Shown here piece by piece: positions 19,952 to 29,833 of a stretch of DNA of 64,000 nt. The number at the start of each line of letters is the position of its first letter. The stretch's first letter is position 1. The position numbers and the translations under genes were made by a program. The notes beneath the pieces are model-generated. The model was not told the origin of the DNA and ran no database searches. It worked only from the letters and a program-made list of their open reading frames with translations. The stretch spans positions 24,931-88,930 of the forward strand of contig CAVTEN010000025.1 in NCBI GenBank assembly GCA_963733715.1, written 5' to 3'. This stretch comes from an uncultured delta proteobacterium (GTDB lineage: Bacteria > Desulfobacterota > Binatia > Binatales > Binataceae).

Positions 19952-20731
19952 TCAACGGGTGGAGAGGCCGCCGTCGACGATCAATTCCGTGCCGGTGATG
20001 TAGGATGCGTCGTCGGACAGGAGGAAGACGATCGCGTTTGCGATTTCCCACGGCGTGCCCTGGCGGCGCATCGGGATTCGCGGGGCGACGGTGCTCTCGC
20101 GATCGCCGACGAGCCGTCGGACCATCGAGGAATCGATCAGCCCGGGCAGAATCGTGTTGACGCGGATGTTATCGCGCGCGTGCGAGACCGCGGCCGATCG
20201 CGAGAGCCCGAGAATCGCGGCCTTGGTCGCCTCGTAGGAAATCTGCGTGTTGCTGCGGAGCGCGGCCATCGACGAAACGTTGACGATCGCGCCGCCGCCG
20301 GCTTTCGCAATCTCGGGCACCGCGTAACGCATCATCAGGAAATGGCTGCGGAGGTTTACCGCGAACATCTTGTCGAAGTCCTCAGTGGAGGTCTTCAGCA
20401 GATTGCCGCCGACGGCGATGCCGACGTTGTTTACGAGCAGGTGAAGCGATGAGAACGCGCGGGTGGTCGCTTCGACGGCGCCGCGGCATTGATCCTCGAT
20501 GCTCACGTCGGCGGCGACCGCCTCTGCGCGACCGCCTTCGTCACGAATCGCGGCGGCAGTCTGCTGCGCGAGCTCGAGCGAGCGATCGGCGACCATCACC
20601 GAGGCGCCTTCGCGCGCGCACATGATCGCGGTGGCGCGGCCATTGCCGATCGAGAGTTTCTCGCCGGCCTTCGCGGGTCCGTCCGCGCCGCCTCCGACGA
20701 TTAACGCTACTTTTCCAGTGAGCCGAGCCAT
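19952..20731 (-). CDS. SDR family oxidoreductase (classical, YxxxK present)
   Basis: VGGGADGPAKAG-type N-terminus, NNVG, SSMAAL...YEATKAA catalytic motif. Confidence 0.85.
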   Translation of the reverse strand: MARLTGKVALIVGGGADGPAKAGEKLSIGNGRATAIMCAREGASVMVADRSLELAQQTAAAIRDEGGRAEAVAADVSIEDQCRGAVEATTRAFSSLHLLVNNVGIAVGGNLLKTSTEDFDKMFAVNLRSHFLMMRYAVPEIAKAGGGAIVNVSSMAALRSNTQISYEATKAAILGLSRSAAVSHARDNIRVNTILPGLIDSSMVRRLVGDRESTVAPRIPMRRQGTPWEIANAIVFLLSDDASYITGTELIVDGGLSTR

Positions 20732-20752
20732 GATCTGCCTCCTGCGATGTCT

Positions 20753-21565
20753 CTAATTTGTGTCGCCGCCGTATAATGAGTTTTCTATCGACGGATCCCG
20801 ATAAACGCTGCCCGACAGAACTATCCGCGGCTCGCTGGAGCAGTTTGTTGAGATCGCATGGAGCAGCGCCGGATGCGTTAAGAATACGTCGCCCGGTTCG
20901 CCCGTCATCTCGACCACGCGGACCTCTTGTCTGTCGATCATGGTGCTCGAATTGATGAATCGTCGCACGCGATCGGTCTTTCCGTCGAGCGAGAACAAGG
21001 CCTTGGCCCACGGGGAATTGCGGATCAGAGCCCTGCGCGCGTCGGCCGAGCGTATCCGCTCAGCGGTCTTATTGGCCAAGACCCTTTGCAGGAGACGATG
21101 CGATCCCGCGATGAAAAGGGTGCCTCCACCGCCGTGGCTCAGCTTTACGAGAGAAACGAAGATCCGTACCGCGTAGTTTCCTTCCAGGCCGCGCACTACC
21201 GGGTAGTCCAAATGCCAACCCTCACTGGGAACGTCCCATGGCTCGGTGGATTCCGGAAACGCGACCAGCATCGAGAAGCGTCGCTCGGGTCGTTTCCAGT
21301 TGCGAGTGCCGAACAGGCTGTCGAGCGCCTCGCAAACTGCAGGGGTGGCTATCCGGTGGAAGTTCAGAGACTCGGGCAAATCTTTGAGCCCGATCATTCT
21401 CTGCGCCTTCCAGGTATGCGGGTCGTTGCGGCGAACTTCGGCTCGCCGCTCGACCGTATCCCAGACGCGATCGCACATCTCCCTTACCGCTTCCTGTGCG
21501 ACGGCGCCCGGAAGGCGTGCTATGCCTGAGCGATCAAACTCCTCGCGCTGTTCCGACGTAAGCAT
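20753..21565 (-). CDS. Phytanoyl-CoA dioxygenase (PhyH) family Fe(II)/2-oxoglutarate oxygenase
   Basis: Start set at internal ATG 21565 (MLTSEQREEFDRSG...); the upstream part of track ORF 20753..22081 is Arg-rich shadow overlapping the Rieske gene. WHLDYP and THPALLHA motifs resemble PhyH. Confidence 0.65.
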   Translation of the reverse strand: MLTSEQREEFDRSGIARLPGAVAQEAVREMCDRVWDTVERRAEVRRNDPHTWKAQRMIGLKDLPESLNFHRIATPAVCEALDSLFGTRNWKRPERRFSMLVAFPESTEPWDVPSEGWHLDYPVVRGLEGNYAVRIFVSLVKLSHGGGGTLFIAGSHRLLQRVLANKTAERIRSADARRALIRNSPWAKALFSLDGKTDRVRRFINSSTMIDRQEVRVVEMTGEPGDVFLTHPALLHAISTNCSSEPRIVLSGSVYRDPSIENSLYGGDTN

Positions 21566-21594
21566 GGCTCTGATTCTATTTCCATGCGCGAAGG

Positions 21595-22581
21595 TTATTC
21601 CGCGGCGGGGCGCGCGGTTGGAAAGCGCCGCACGTATTGCAGGAAACGCGCGAGTGCGCGGTCGGCGTCTATTAGAAGGCCGTCGTGAAAGCGGATGGTC
21701 TTCATGATGGGCTCGTCTTCCTGGATCAGGCGGCGAAAGAATGCCTCGCCGATCTGAAGACGCTGCTCCCGCTCGGCGTCGTTGCCCTCGGCCTTCGGCG
21801 TCGCCGTGATCGACCATCCGTGTGTGCGGCCGTCTGGCGTCGGCGTCCCGGTCGCCATCGAGAGAATCGCCATGCCGTTGAGACGTCCCGCGAGCGCGAT
21901 CGTGTTGGTGCCGGTCACGCGGATTCGCTGATCGAACACGCCGAGGTTGGGATCCTCGAAGCGCACGTCGTACTGGATGCGGTAGTCGCCGACGTCGATT
22001 GCGTCGGGGTCGCACTCGATCTTGAGTCCGTGCAGGACGCGCAGATGCTGAAAGTCCATCGAGTTGGTGAAGGGCACCCACGGCTCGACCGGGAGATCGA
22101 AGGCCTCCGCCGTGCGGATGTCGAGATCAGGTTCGGCGAAGTCGACAAATTCGGGCACGTCGAACAGCGGCGTGATTCCGTTGAACGCCCAAATCAATCC
22201 CCACTTTTCGGCGGTCGGAAATTTGAACACTCTCGCCGCCTTGGGAATCTTTTCGGAAGCGGGAATTTTCGTGCATCCGCCGTCAGGGCCGTATTGCCAA
22301 TGATGGAATGCGCATTGTATGTCGTTGCCGACGACTTTGCCCATACTGAGATCGGCGCCGAGATGACGGCAGTACGCGTTCATCACGACGGCCTCGCCGT
22401 TCTCGCCGCGATACGCGATTGCACGGCCGTCAAGGAAATCGCGGCCGATCACCTCGCCGGGGCCGACTTCCTCCGAGCGCGCGATCGCGTACCACGACTG
22501 ATGGAATCCCGCCGGCTTCTTGTTGCGAGGCTTGATTGCACGTGTGCTCTGCGTGCGCGGTATAGCGGTGGTAGATGCCAT
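21595..22581 (-). CDS. Rieske [2Fe-2S] domain oxygenase, alpha-subunit-like
   Basis: CRHLGADL ... CAFHHWQY Rieske motif (CxH...CxxH). Confidence 0.8.
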   Translation of the reverse strand: MASTTAIPRTQSTRAIKPRNKKPAGFHQSWYAIARSEEVGPGEVIGRDFLDGRAIAYRGENGEAVVMNAYCRHLGADLSMGKVVGNDIQCAFHHWQYGPDGGCTKIPASEKIPKAARVFKFPTAEKWGLIWAFNGITPLFDVPEFVDFAEPDLDIRTAEAFDLPVEPWVPFTNSMDFQHLRVLHGLKIECDPDAIDVGDYRIQYDVRFEDPNLGVFDQRIRVTGTNTIALAGRLNGMAILSMATGTPTPDGRTHGWSITATPKAEGNDAEREQRLQIGEAFFRRLIQEDEPIMKTIRFHDGLLIDADRALARFLQYVRRFPTARPAAE

Positions 22582-22622
22582 CGTCGGGACCTCCAGCGGT
22601 GAGCGCTTGCAGTGATCAGCGA

Positions 22623-23492
22623 TCAGGCGGCTGCGGCCGCGGACCTGGTGTCGAACTTCGGAAGCTGTACGAAGAACAAGACGCAGTCCTCGACGACTTC
22701 GAGTTCGCGGCCGGTGTCGGCGGGATCGACGCGGAACGCCGAGTGAGTGTCGAGCACCTCGCCGGAGGTGACGTCGCGAATCGCGCCGCTCTCGACAAAC
22801 AGCAGCTCGGGCGCGCGATGGCGATCGACCTGGTGACGCGAGCCGCGCGTCGCTCGAATCTCGCCGATGTTCAGAGCGCGCTCACCAAACGTCGCCATAT
22901 GTTTCAACTCGAAGCCAGGATCGCGCGTCGCCAGCCATCCGAAACTGTCGGGATATATGATGACCGGGTCTAGATAGCGGGGCGGCGGATACTGGACGGC
23001 GCGACCGTTGACGTCCTCCCAAATTGCCTCGTAGCCGTCCTGGCGAACGACACGGCCGTCGGCAGTGTGGCGGGTGAAGATGCCGCCGTCGAAGCGGCCG
23101 AGGCCGGATAACTTTTTGTAGCCATCGGTCAACTGCGGATAGCCCATGAAACCGTAACCGGCCGACCCGCCCATCTGGAGGAGCAGGATGATAGACACGC
23201 CGGTGTCGGATTGTGGGCCGTAGAAGGTTCCCTCGGGAAAATAGCCGACCGTGCCGGCCTTCAAATCTTTGCCGGGGGCATAGTTCATCGCGCCTTCGAG
23301 GCAGAGACGGACCTGGTCGAAATTGTGGCGATGGCGCGGCGTGTAGTAGTCGCCGGTGGTTCGCACGATACTCAGTTCGAAATTGTCGGGCGTGCCGGGC
23401 GTGCCATGGAGCAGGCATTTGAAGTCGATCCCGCCCGAGCGATGCCCCGACACCTTGCCCCATTCAACCTCGGCAGCGTGTATCGTTTGCAT
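22623..23492 (-). CDS. Cupin-fold protein (bicupin-like), function unknown
   Basis: 289 aa; HRHNFDQV-type metal motif. Adjacent to the Rieske and PhyH oxygenase genes. Confidence 0.5.
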   Translation of the reverse strand: MQTIHAAEVEWGKVSGHRSGGIDFKCLLHGTPGTPDNFELSIVRTTGDYYTPRHRHNFDQVRLCLEGAMNYAPGKDLKAGTVGYFPEGTFYGPQSDTGVSIILLLQMGGSAGYGFMGYPQLTDGYKKLSGLGRFDGGIFTRHTADGRVVRQDGYEAIWEDVNGRAVQYPPPRYLDPVIIYPDSFGWLATRDPGFELKHMATFGERALNIGEIRATRGSRHQVDRHRAPELLFVESGAIRDVTSGEVLDTHSAFRVDPADTGRELEVVEDCVLFFVQLPKFDTRSAAAAA

Positions 23493-23531
23493 GCTGTGGG
23501 GTTAGCGCGGGCGTGTGCGCTGCGTCAAGGA

Positions 23532-24128
23532 TTACGACGCGCTGGCGACTGGGTGGTGTTCCTTCAGGATCGCGCCGCAGGCCGCGATGGCGGCGAGGAC
23601 GCCGTCGGCGACGTGGCCAGCTTTCACGGTTGCCAGAAATTCGTCGACGATTTTGTTCCAGGTCCCAGCCGGCGCGAGTGCGTGAGTCTCGTGATCGGCG
23701 ATGATCTCCACGTAGCGCTCGCCGAGCGAGACGAACAGCAGGATTCGGTGCTGCTGGGCTGGAGCTGCAAGCACGTGCGCGTTGAATTCGCGATGCGCGA
23801 GTTGCCAGGCGTGCGCGTGCTTGATGCGTTTGGGCACGATCGAGAGCCGGGCCGGCAGCCATTCGAGCAGCAGCGTCATCACGATCAGGAACCACATTTG
23901 GATCGCGATCACGATGCGGCTGGCGATGTCGGGCCGAATCAAACTGACGAGCCCGCCCAGCACAATCGCGGCGACAGCAGCCGATGCAATTGGATAGAAA
24001 GAATAGCGATCGCTGACGCGCGTCACGACGACGCTGAGATTTGCCGCCGTGCTTTGGCCGATCTCGGCAATCGCAGCATCGATGCGCTTGTGTTCGTCGG
24101 GCGTGAATGGACTTCTCGCTTTTTTCAT
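23532..24128 (-). CDS. TPM-associated membrane protein (COG3762-like)
   Basis: 198 aa with two central TM helices. Last gene of the LemA/TPM cluster, a synteny seen in many bacteria. Confidence 0.55.
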   Translation of the reverse strand: MKKARSPFTPDEHKRIDAAIAEIGQSTAANLSVVVTRVSDRYSFYPIASAAVAAIVLGGLVSLIRPDIASRIVIAIQMWFLIVMTLLLEWLPARLSIVPKRIKHAHAWQLAHREFNAHVLAAPAQQHRILLFVSLGERYVEIIADHETHALAPAGTWNKIVDEFLATVKAGHVADGVLAAIAACGAILKEHHPVASAS

Positions 24129-24135
24129 TTTTCAT

Positions 24136-24927
24136 TCACCAGCTTCCCGAAGCACCGCCGCCGCCGAATGAGCCGCCTCCGCCCGAGAAGCCGCCACCGC
24201 CGCCGGAAGATCCTCCTCCAGAAGATCCTCCAACATACCGGCCCTCCGAATCCCGGCCATAGCTGTCAAGCTGCCGGACACGTCCTGTAATGATTGCCCA
24301 CACGAGAGATGGAACGTAGATCAACGCCATACCTGTCATCATGATGACTACAACAGACAACAGGACGGCGACTGGAACGGGAACCCCGGATGTATCGGGA
24401 ACCCCAGATGTATTCGGTACGCTCATCGCGGGTGGGTTACCCCCGAGCGCCTGGAGTATCGACGTGGTGCCGAGCAGTACGCCGGCGTTGAAGTCGCCGC
24501 GCTTGAAGCTTGGCAGGATGTAGTTCTGGATTATGGTTGCGCTGATGGCGTCGGTGAGTTCTCCTTCGAGGCCGTAGCCGACCTCGATTCGAACTTTATG
24601 ATCCTTAGGTGCGACGATAAGAATCGCGCCGGTATTCTTGCCCTTCTGGCCGATGCCCCAGTAGCGGCCTAGCTGGTAGCCGTAGTCTTCGATCGAAAAT
24701 CCTTGCAGCGAATCGAGCGTGACGACCACTACCTGCTCGCCAGTCGCGCGCTGATGCGCGGCGAGCATGTCGGTGAGTTGGCCTTGTGTGGAGGCGTCTA
24801 GGACGCCCGCATCATCGACGACTCGGCCGGTGAGTGGTGGGAATTTCGGCTCGGAGGCGAGGGCGGATGGCGCGAGAATCAATAGAAGGAGAATGGGGAG
24901 CAGCCATTGCGTGCGTTTCGGATTCAC
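24136..24927 (-). CDS. TPM domain protein (YgcG-like) with C-terminal TM helix and Gly-rich tail, paralog 2
   Basis: GTG start 24927 overlaps the upstream stop (GTGA). Signal peptide, PLTGRVVDDAGVL TPM motif, tail GGGSSGGGGGFSGGGGSFGGGGASGSW. Confidence 0.8.
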   Translation of the reverse strand: MNPKRTQWLLPILLLLILAPSALASEPKFPPLTGRVVDDAGVLDASTQGQLTDMLAAHQRATGEQVVVVTLDSLQGFSIEDYGYQLGRYWGIGQKGKNTGAILIVAPKDHKVRIEVGYGLEGELTDAISATIIQNYILPSFKRGDFNAGVLLGTTSILQALGGNPPAMSVPNTSGVPDTSGVPVPVAVLLSVVVIMMTGMALIYVPSLVWAIITGRVRQLDSYGRDSEGRYVGGSSGGGSSGGGGGFSGGGGSFGGGGASGSW

Positions 24928-25748
24928 CAGCTTCCCGAAGCGCCTCCGCCGCCGAAGGATCCTCCACCGCCCGAGAAGCCGCCACCGCCTCCTCCAGATG
25001 AAGATCCTCCTCCGCCGAACCCGCCATCCGAATCCCAGCCATGGCTGCTGCCCCACTGAAAGTTGTTATCTGATCCAGCCAATGCGGCCATAACAAGCAC
25101 AGTGCCAATCAAAGGGATGAGGAAAAACAACACCAGAGCCACCGATGCCTTGCGGTCTGGAGGGTGGAAAAGACTTCCAAAACCTGCAGGCGCGGTCGCC
25201 GGTTCGCCAACCCATGTCGGTTCGCCTTCGTCACGAGGGTTACCGCCGAGCGCGCGCACCATCTCCGTGGCGCCGGCCAGGACCCCGAAGTTGAAATCTC
25301 CGCGCTTGAAACTCGGCAGGATGTAGTTGTCGATTATCGCGCGGCTTTTCGCGTCAGTCAGTTGTCCTTCGAGGCCGTAGCCGACCTCGATTCGAACTTT
25401 GTGCTCGTTGGGCGCCACGATCAGCAGCGCGCCGTTATTCTTGCCTTTCTGCCCTATGCCCCAGTAGCGGCCAAGCTCGTAGCCGTATTCCTCGATGGGA
25501 TATCTCTGCAGTGAAGCGAGGGTCACGACGACGACTTGATCGCCGGTTGCGCGCTCCTGCTCGGCCAGCATGTCCGTGAGTTGTCTTTTGGTCGAAGCGC
25601 TCAGGACGCCCGCATCATCGACGACGCGTCCGGTGAGCGGTGGAAATTTCGGCGCGGAGGCGAGCGCAGGTGACGCGAGGATCAGCAGCAGAAGGAGCAA
25701 CGCCCCCGCTGCTTTAGTGCCACTGTTCGCCCATGCGCGAACGCGCAT
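24924..25748 (-). CDS. TPM domain protein (YgcG-like) with C-terminal TM helix and Gly-rich tail, paralog 1
   Basis: 274 aa, same architecture and near-identical tail (...GGFSGGGGSFGGGGASGSW). Start overlaps the LemA stop by 1 nt. Confidence 0.8.
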   Translation of the reverse strand: MRVRAWANSGTKAAGALLLLLLILASPALASAPKFPPLTGRVVDDAGVLSASTKRQLTDMLAEQERATGDQVVVVTLASLQRYPIEEYGYELGRYWGIGQKGKNNGALLIVAPNEHKVRIEVGYGLEGQLTDAKSRAIIDNYILPSFKRGDFNFGVLAGATEMVRALGGNPRDEGEPTWVGEPATAPAGFGSLFHPPDRKASVALVLFFLIPLIGTVLVMAALAGSDNNFQWGSSHGWDSDGGFGGGGSSSGGGGGGFSGGGGSFGGGGASGSW

Positions 25749-26353
25749 TAGAACTTGACCTGGGGTACCTGTTGGGCTTGCTCGGTGATCGTGAACGTCT
25801 CGCGGACTTTCATGTCAGGGTAGAGGATCGATGCTATCCAGCGTTGCGGGATGGTCCTCAGCGCAGTGTTGTAATCCTGAACGGCGAGGATATAGTCGCG
25901 GCGCGCCACCGTGATGCGATTCTCGGTGCCTTCGAGCTGCGATTGAAGGGTCAGGAAATTCTGATTCGATTTGAGGTCGGGGTAGGCCTCGGCCACTGCG
26001 AGCAGGCGACCTAACGCGCCGGTGACGGCGGCCTGGTTCTGCTCGAACTGGTGAAAGGCCTGCGGATTCGACAGGATGTCCGCCGGAAGCTGCATCTGGG
26101 TCGCATGCGCGCGCGCTTCAGTCACTTGGGTCAGCACCTGCTGCTCCTGGTGCGCATAGCCCTTGACGGTTTCGACGAGGTTCGGGATAAGGTCGGCGCG
26201 CCGCTGATACTGATTCAGCACTTCGCTCCAGGCGGCCTTAACCTGCTCGTCGAGGGTCGGGATTTTGTTGACGCCGCATCCTGATAGGCCATCGAGCACC
26301 AGCCCAAGAATCAGCAGGAGAGCTAGCGCGCGAAGGTGCTTCAAGAGCTTCAA
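25748..26353 (-). CDS. LemA family protein
   Basis: 201 aa, N-terminal lipoprotein-like anchor (LDGLSGC). QYQRRADLIPNLVETVKGYA and YPDLKSNQNF motifs typical of LemA. Confidence 0.85.
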   Translation of the reverse strand: MKLLKHLRALALLLILGLVLDGLSGCGVNKIPTLDEQVKAAWSEVLNQYQRRADLIPNLVETVKGYAHQEQQVLTQVTEARAHATQMQLPADILSNPQAFHQFEQNQAAVTGALGRLLAVAEAYPDLKSNQNFLTLQSQLEGTENRITVARRDYILAVQDYNTALRTIPQRWIASILYPDMKVRETFTITEQAQQVPQVKF

Positions 26354-26370
26354 AATGGAGGACGAAATGG

Positions 26371-26931
26371 TCAGGCGCCTTCGCGGCTCTTGAAGCGATG
26401 CTGATGTGGTTCGGGCGGCATAGTCAGTAGCTCGCGAGAATAAATCTCACCGAGATACTCAATCAGGTTGCGCATCGAAACTACCGCAGTCGGATAGCCT
26501 TCATCGTCGACCAGCGGAATGTGGCGGAAGCCTTCGAGCACCATCTTGCTAAGCGCGAAGGCAACGTTGGCGTCGGCCGGGAGCGTGAAGGGATCGGGGG
26601 TCATCGATGCGGACACCGGAGTGTGGATGAGATCGAGCGGCTGGCCCGCGACCTTCATCAGGATGTCGCGCTCGGTGAAGATGCCCGTGAGGCGGTCGTT
26701 CTCCATCACCAGGACGCACGCGCGCCGCTCCTGCTGCATCAGGTGAATCGCGTCGGCGAGCGGGCTCGAGGCAGGCACCATCAGCGGCGGCTGCGAAACC
26801 ACCTCGCTGAGGGCAGTGTTGGCCAGCGCGGACTCGAGAACCTGGGGTCCAGGATGTTCGTCGTCGAATAGCTCGCGGTCATCGTCGTCGCCAGGCATGG
26901 TCAGCCCTCCGATGCCGTTATCGGCAAGCAC
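26371..26931 (-). CDS. CBS domain pair protein
   Basis: Two CBS-like units (LTGIFTERDILMKV ... AVVSMRNLIEYL). The true start may be the internal ATG at 26898. Confidence 0.7.
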   Translation of the reverse strand: MLADNGIGGLTMPGDDDDRELFDDEHPGPQVLESALANTALSEVVSQPPLMVPASSPLADAIHLMQQERRACVLVMENDRLTGIFTERDILMKVAGQPLDLIHTPVSASMTPDPFTLPADANVAFALSKMVLEGFRHIPLVDDEGYPTAVVSMRNLIEYLGEIYSRELLTMPPEPHQHRFKSREGA

Positions 26932-27000
26932 AGCCTAGGCTGTTCCACAGTTTAGGGCAAAGGGCGCGCGCGACGCAGTTTGTTTGATGGTTTTCGGAGG

Positions 27001-27606
27001 CTAGCCTGACACGACGATCATTTCCTCGACGTCTCGAAGGCGATCCTTGCCGAAAAAGATCTCGTTGCCGATATAAAAGGTCGGCGAGCCGAAGGTGCCG
27101 CGCTCAACCGAACGATTCGTATTCTCGATCAGTTCGTCCTTTACGGGCTTAGTCTCGATCAGCTCGAGGATTTTCGAGGTTGGTAGCCCAGCCTCGTCGA
27201 GCTCGGTGCGAAACACGTTGAGGTCGTCCATCTTTTTGGGGTCCGCCCACATATTCCGGTACATCTCGTCGACGTAGCGCTCGAACACGTCGAGCGTACG
27301 CGCGGCGATCGCTCCACGCATCATCATCAGGGTGTTCACAGGAAAGAAAGGATTGCTCTGAAAGCGCGTAATCCCATGGCGCTTGATGAAGCGGCTCATC
27401 TCGAGCCGCTCGTACTCGGGCTTGTTCTTGATGCCAACCAGGCTTTGCGCCGGCGATCGATTGTTAGTCATCTTGAAAACGCCGCCGAGCAGCACGGGCA
27501 CGTATACGAACTTCGCTCCCGTGCGCTTTTCTATTTCCGGAATAACGAGATGGCTCAGATAGGCGTTGGGACTGCCGAAGTCGAAATGAAATTCTACTTT
27601 GACCAT
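27001..27606 (-). CDS. 2-hydroxychromene-2-carboxylate isomerase / DsbA-like (kappa-GST-like) family protein
   Basis: 201 aa. FHFDFGSPNAYL N-terminus and GSPTFYIGNEIFFGKDRL C-terminus typical of the HCCA isomerase family. Confidence 0.75.
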   Translation of the reverse strand: MVKVEFHFDFGSPNAYLSHLVIPEIEKRTGAKFVYVPVLLGGVFKMTNNRSPAQSLVGIKNKPEYERLEMSRFIKRHGITRFQSNPFFPVNTLMMMRGAIAARTLDVFERYVDEMYRNMWADPKKMDDLNVFRTELDEAGLPTSKILELIETKPVKDELIENTNRSVERGTFGSPTFYIGNEIFFGKDRLRDVEEMIVVSG

Positions 27607-27610
27607 AGCG

Positions 27611-28354
27611 TCACCATTTTTCTCCGAAGGGACGGATTTCCAGCTCGAATGTCCACGCGTCGCGCGGCTGCTGATAGAGCTGCCAATAAGTCTCGGCCAC
27701 GGCGGCCGGCCTCATGAGGCGTGCGGGATCAAGGTTCTTCATCGCCTCGTCGCCCTCGCGTTCCCTGATTCGATCGCGGACCCATGCGGTATCGACGCCA
27801 GCGTCGATTACGAGATGCGCGACGTGAATATTTTTTGGGCCGAGCTCGCGCGCGATGCTCTGAGCAACCGCACGCAAGCCGAATTTCGCAGCCGCAAAGG
27901 CAGCGTAGCCGACGCCGCCGCGCAAACTGGCAGTGGCGCCCGTGAAGAAAATCGATCCGTGCCCGCGCGGGATCATCAAGCGCGCCGCCTCCCTGCCGGC
28001 GATGAATCCGGAGTAGCAGGCCATCTCCCAGACTTTGCGGAACACGCGGTCGGTCGTCTCGAGCAGTGGAAAGTTGACGTTTGCGCCAATATTGAAGATA
28101 CATACCTCGAGCGGCGCGTGCTTGTCAGCGTCATTCAGAAAAGCGGTGAGGTCATCTTCCTTGCGGGCGTCGAGCGATCGCGCAGAGATTCTGCCCCCGC
28201 CCGCCTCGACCTCGGCGACCAGAGGCGCAAGCTTGTCGCCCTGGCGTCGGCCAGCAAAAACGGTGAAGCCTTCCGCAGCGAATTTTTTTGCGATTGCGCC
28301 GCCGATGTAGTCGCCCGCTCCGATCACTGCCGCAGTGGCATTTCTGTGTTGCAA
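27611..28354 (-). CDS. Atypical SDR-fold oxidoreductase, paralog A (FxxxK in place of YxxxK)
   Basis: GAGDYIGGAIA Rossmann motif. Active-site region YAAFAAAKFGL. C-terminus WTFELEIRPFGEKW is shared with the other two paralogs. Confidence 0.75.
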   Translation of the reverse strand: MQHRNATAAVIGAGDYIGGAIAKKFAAEGFTVFAGRRQGDKLAPLVAEVEAGGGRISARSLDARKEDDLTAFLNDADKHAPLEVCIFNIGANVNFPLLETTDRVFRKVWEMACYSGFIAGREAARLMIPRGHGSIFFTGATASLRGGVGYAAFAAAKFGLRAVAQSIARELGPKNIHVAHLVIDAGVDTAWVRDRIREREGDEAMKNLDPARLMRPAAVAETYWQLYQQPRDAWTFELEIRPFGEKW

Positions 28355-28372
28355 AGGAATTCCTCCTTCCGT

Positions 28373-28990
28373 CTAGGAACGGCGGACGGTTCCGCGCGGT
28401 TTAGCACGCTTGATCACTCGCTTCGCCGTGCTCTTCAATATCAAATCTGAAAGTTCTTCATCGTTGACCGCGCGCGCGAGAATCAGCGCGCCGGCCATGC
28501 AAGCGAACGTGGCGATCGCGTCTTCGTACCGGCCCTCTTTGCCGTCATCGGGCATCAGCCGCGACAAAAATTCGAGGTCGTCCTTTATTTCCCGGGTGAA
28601 AGCCTGACGAACGCGACGCGGTTGCCTGGCTATGTCGGTGCCGAGCGCCGCGACCACGCAGCCGGTACCGGGCGCGTCGCGATGAGCGCGCGACAGGTAG
28701 CCGTCCACAATCTCGGGAAGCGCGCCCATCCCGGGATTGCGTTCCAGCGCGCGCCGCCAGATACGCTTGCTGCGGGCCAGCGCGAAACGAATCGCCTCGA
28801 CCGCGATAATCTCCTTGGATCCGAACTGGCTGTAGAGCCCGCCGTGAGTGAGGCCGGCGTCTTCGGTTATCGCGTCCACGCCGGTCGCGTCGATGCCGTG
28901 CTCGCGGAACAGACGCGCGGCAGAAGCCAGGATTCGTTCGCGGTTCTGCGCAGCTTTTTCTTTAGAAACCCGCATCCACCTCTCCGACAT
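28373..28990 (-). CDS. TetR/AcrR family transcriptional regulator
   Basis: N-terminal HTH RERILASAARLFREHGIDATGVDAITEDAGLTHGGLYSQFGSKE. Divergent from the SDR/GST operon. Confidence 0.85.
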   Translation of the reverse strand: MSERWMRVSKEKAAQNRERILASAARLFREHGIDATGVDAITEDAGLTHGGLYSQFGSKEIIAVEAIRFALARSKRIWRRALERNPGMGALPEIVDGYLSRAHRDAPGTGCVVAALGTDIARQPRRVRQAFTREIKDDLEFLSRLMPDDGKEGRYEDAIATFACMAGALILARAVNDEELSDLILKSTAKRVIKRAKPRGTVRRS

Positions 28991-29079
28991 TTGCGATTGA
29001 TGCTTGACTCATATGATTACGAGCGTCATTAATATGCCAAACATGGCGGCCGTCATCAATAGGCGGATCAGTAGGCAGG

Positions 29080-29811
29080 TTGAGCATGAGCGACTCGATT
29101 AAATCGGACAAAGTGTGTGTCGTAGTCGGTGTCGGCGAAGGCCTTGGGATGGCGCTGGCGGTGCGTTTCGCGCAAGGCTACAAGGTTGCGCTCATCGCCC
29201 GGAGTCCTGAGGTCATTGGAAAGACCGCCGGGGAGATCAAGTCGGCCGGCGGTATCGCTCTTCCAATCCAGAGCGACGCGACGATCGAAACCGAGATTGC
29301 GGACGCGTACAATCGCATCAAACGCGAACTGGGTCCGGTCGAAATTCTCATCTACAACGGTGGCCGTCGTCCGATGGGCCGTCTGATGGACACAACTCCC
29401 CAGGTATTCGAAGAAACGTGGCGACTGCATACCTTCGGCGCATTTCTGTGGGCTCGGCAAGTAGTGCCTGAAATGCTTTCGCGCGGCAGTGGCGCGATTC
29501 TTATCACTGGCGCGACGGCGGGCGTCAGGCCGTGGCCGACTTCAGCAGGTTTCGCGCCGGCCAAGTTCGCGGTGCGGGGACTCGCCGAAGTGATGTCGCG
29601 CGACCTTCATCCGCAGGGCGTTCACGTCGCATACGTGAACGTAGATGGCGGCATCGATATGCCTCTGCTCAGAAAGTTTCGTCCCGAGACCAAGGACGAA
29701 GACCTGCTCAAGCCGTCGGCGATCGCCGATGCATTCTGGTACCTTGCGCATCAGGATCGGAGCGCGTGGAGTCACGAGCTCGACGTCAGGCCGTTCAAGG
29801 AAAAATTCTAG
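29080..29811 (+). CDS. Atypical SDR-fold oxidoreductase, paralog B (FxxxK)
   Basis: VVGVGEGLGMALA Rossmann motif, SAGFAPAKFAV, C-terminus WSHELDVRPFKEKF. Confidence 0.75.
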   Translation: MSMSDSIKSDKVCVVVGVGEGLGMALAVRFAQGYKVALIARSPEVIGKTAGEIKSAGGIALPIQSDATIETEIADAYNRIKRELGPVEILIYNGGRRPMGRLMDTTPQVFEETWRLHTFGAFLWARQVVPEMLSRGSGAILITGATAGVRPWPTSAGFAPAKFAVRGLAEVMSRDLHPQGVHVAYVNVDGGIDMPLLRKFRPETKDEDLLKPSAIADAFWYLAHQDRSAWSHELDVRPFKEKF

Positions 29812-29833
29812 CTAGGAGCTGCGAACCACTTCT

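Noticed and set aside
28991-29079. Imperfect palindromes (catatgatta...tcattaatatg, tgactc...gcgtca) in the TetR/SDR divergent region as a TetR operator
   Set aside because: The symmetry is weak (several mismatches) and cannot be distinguished from chance by eye.
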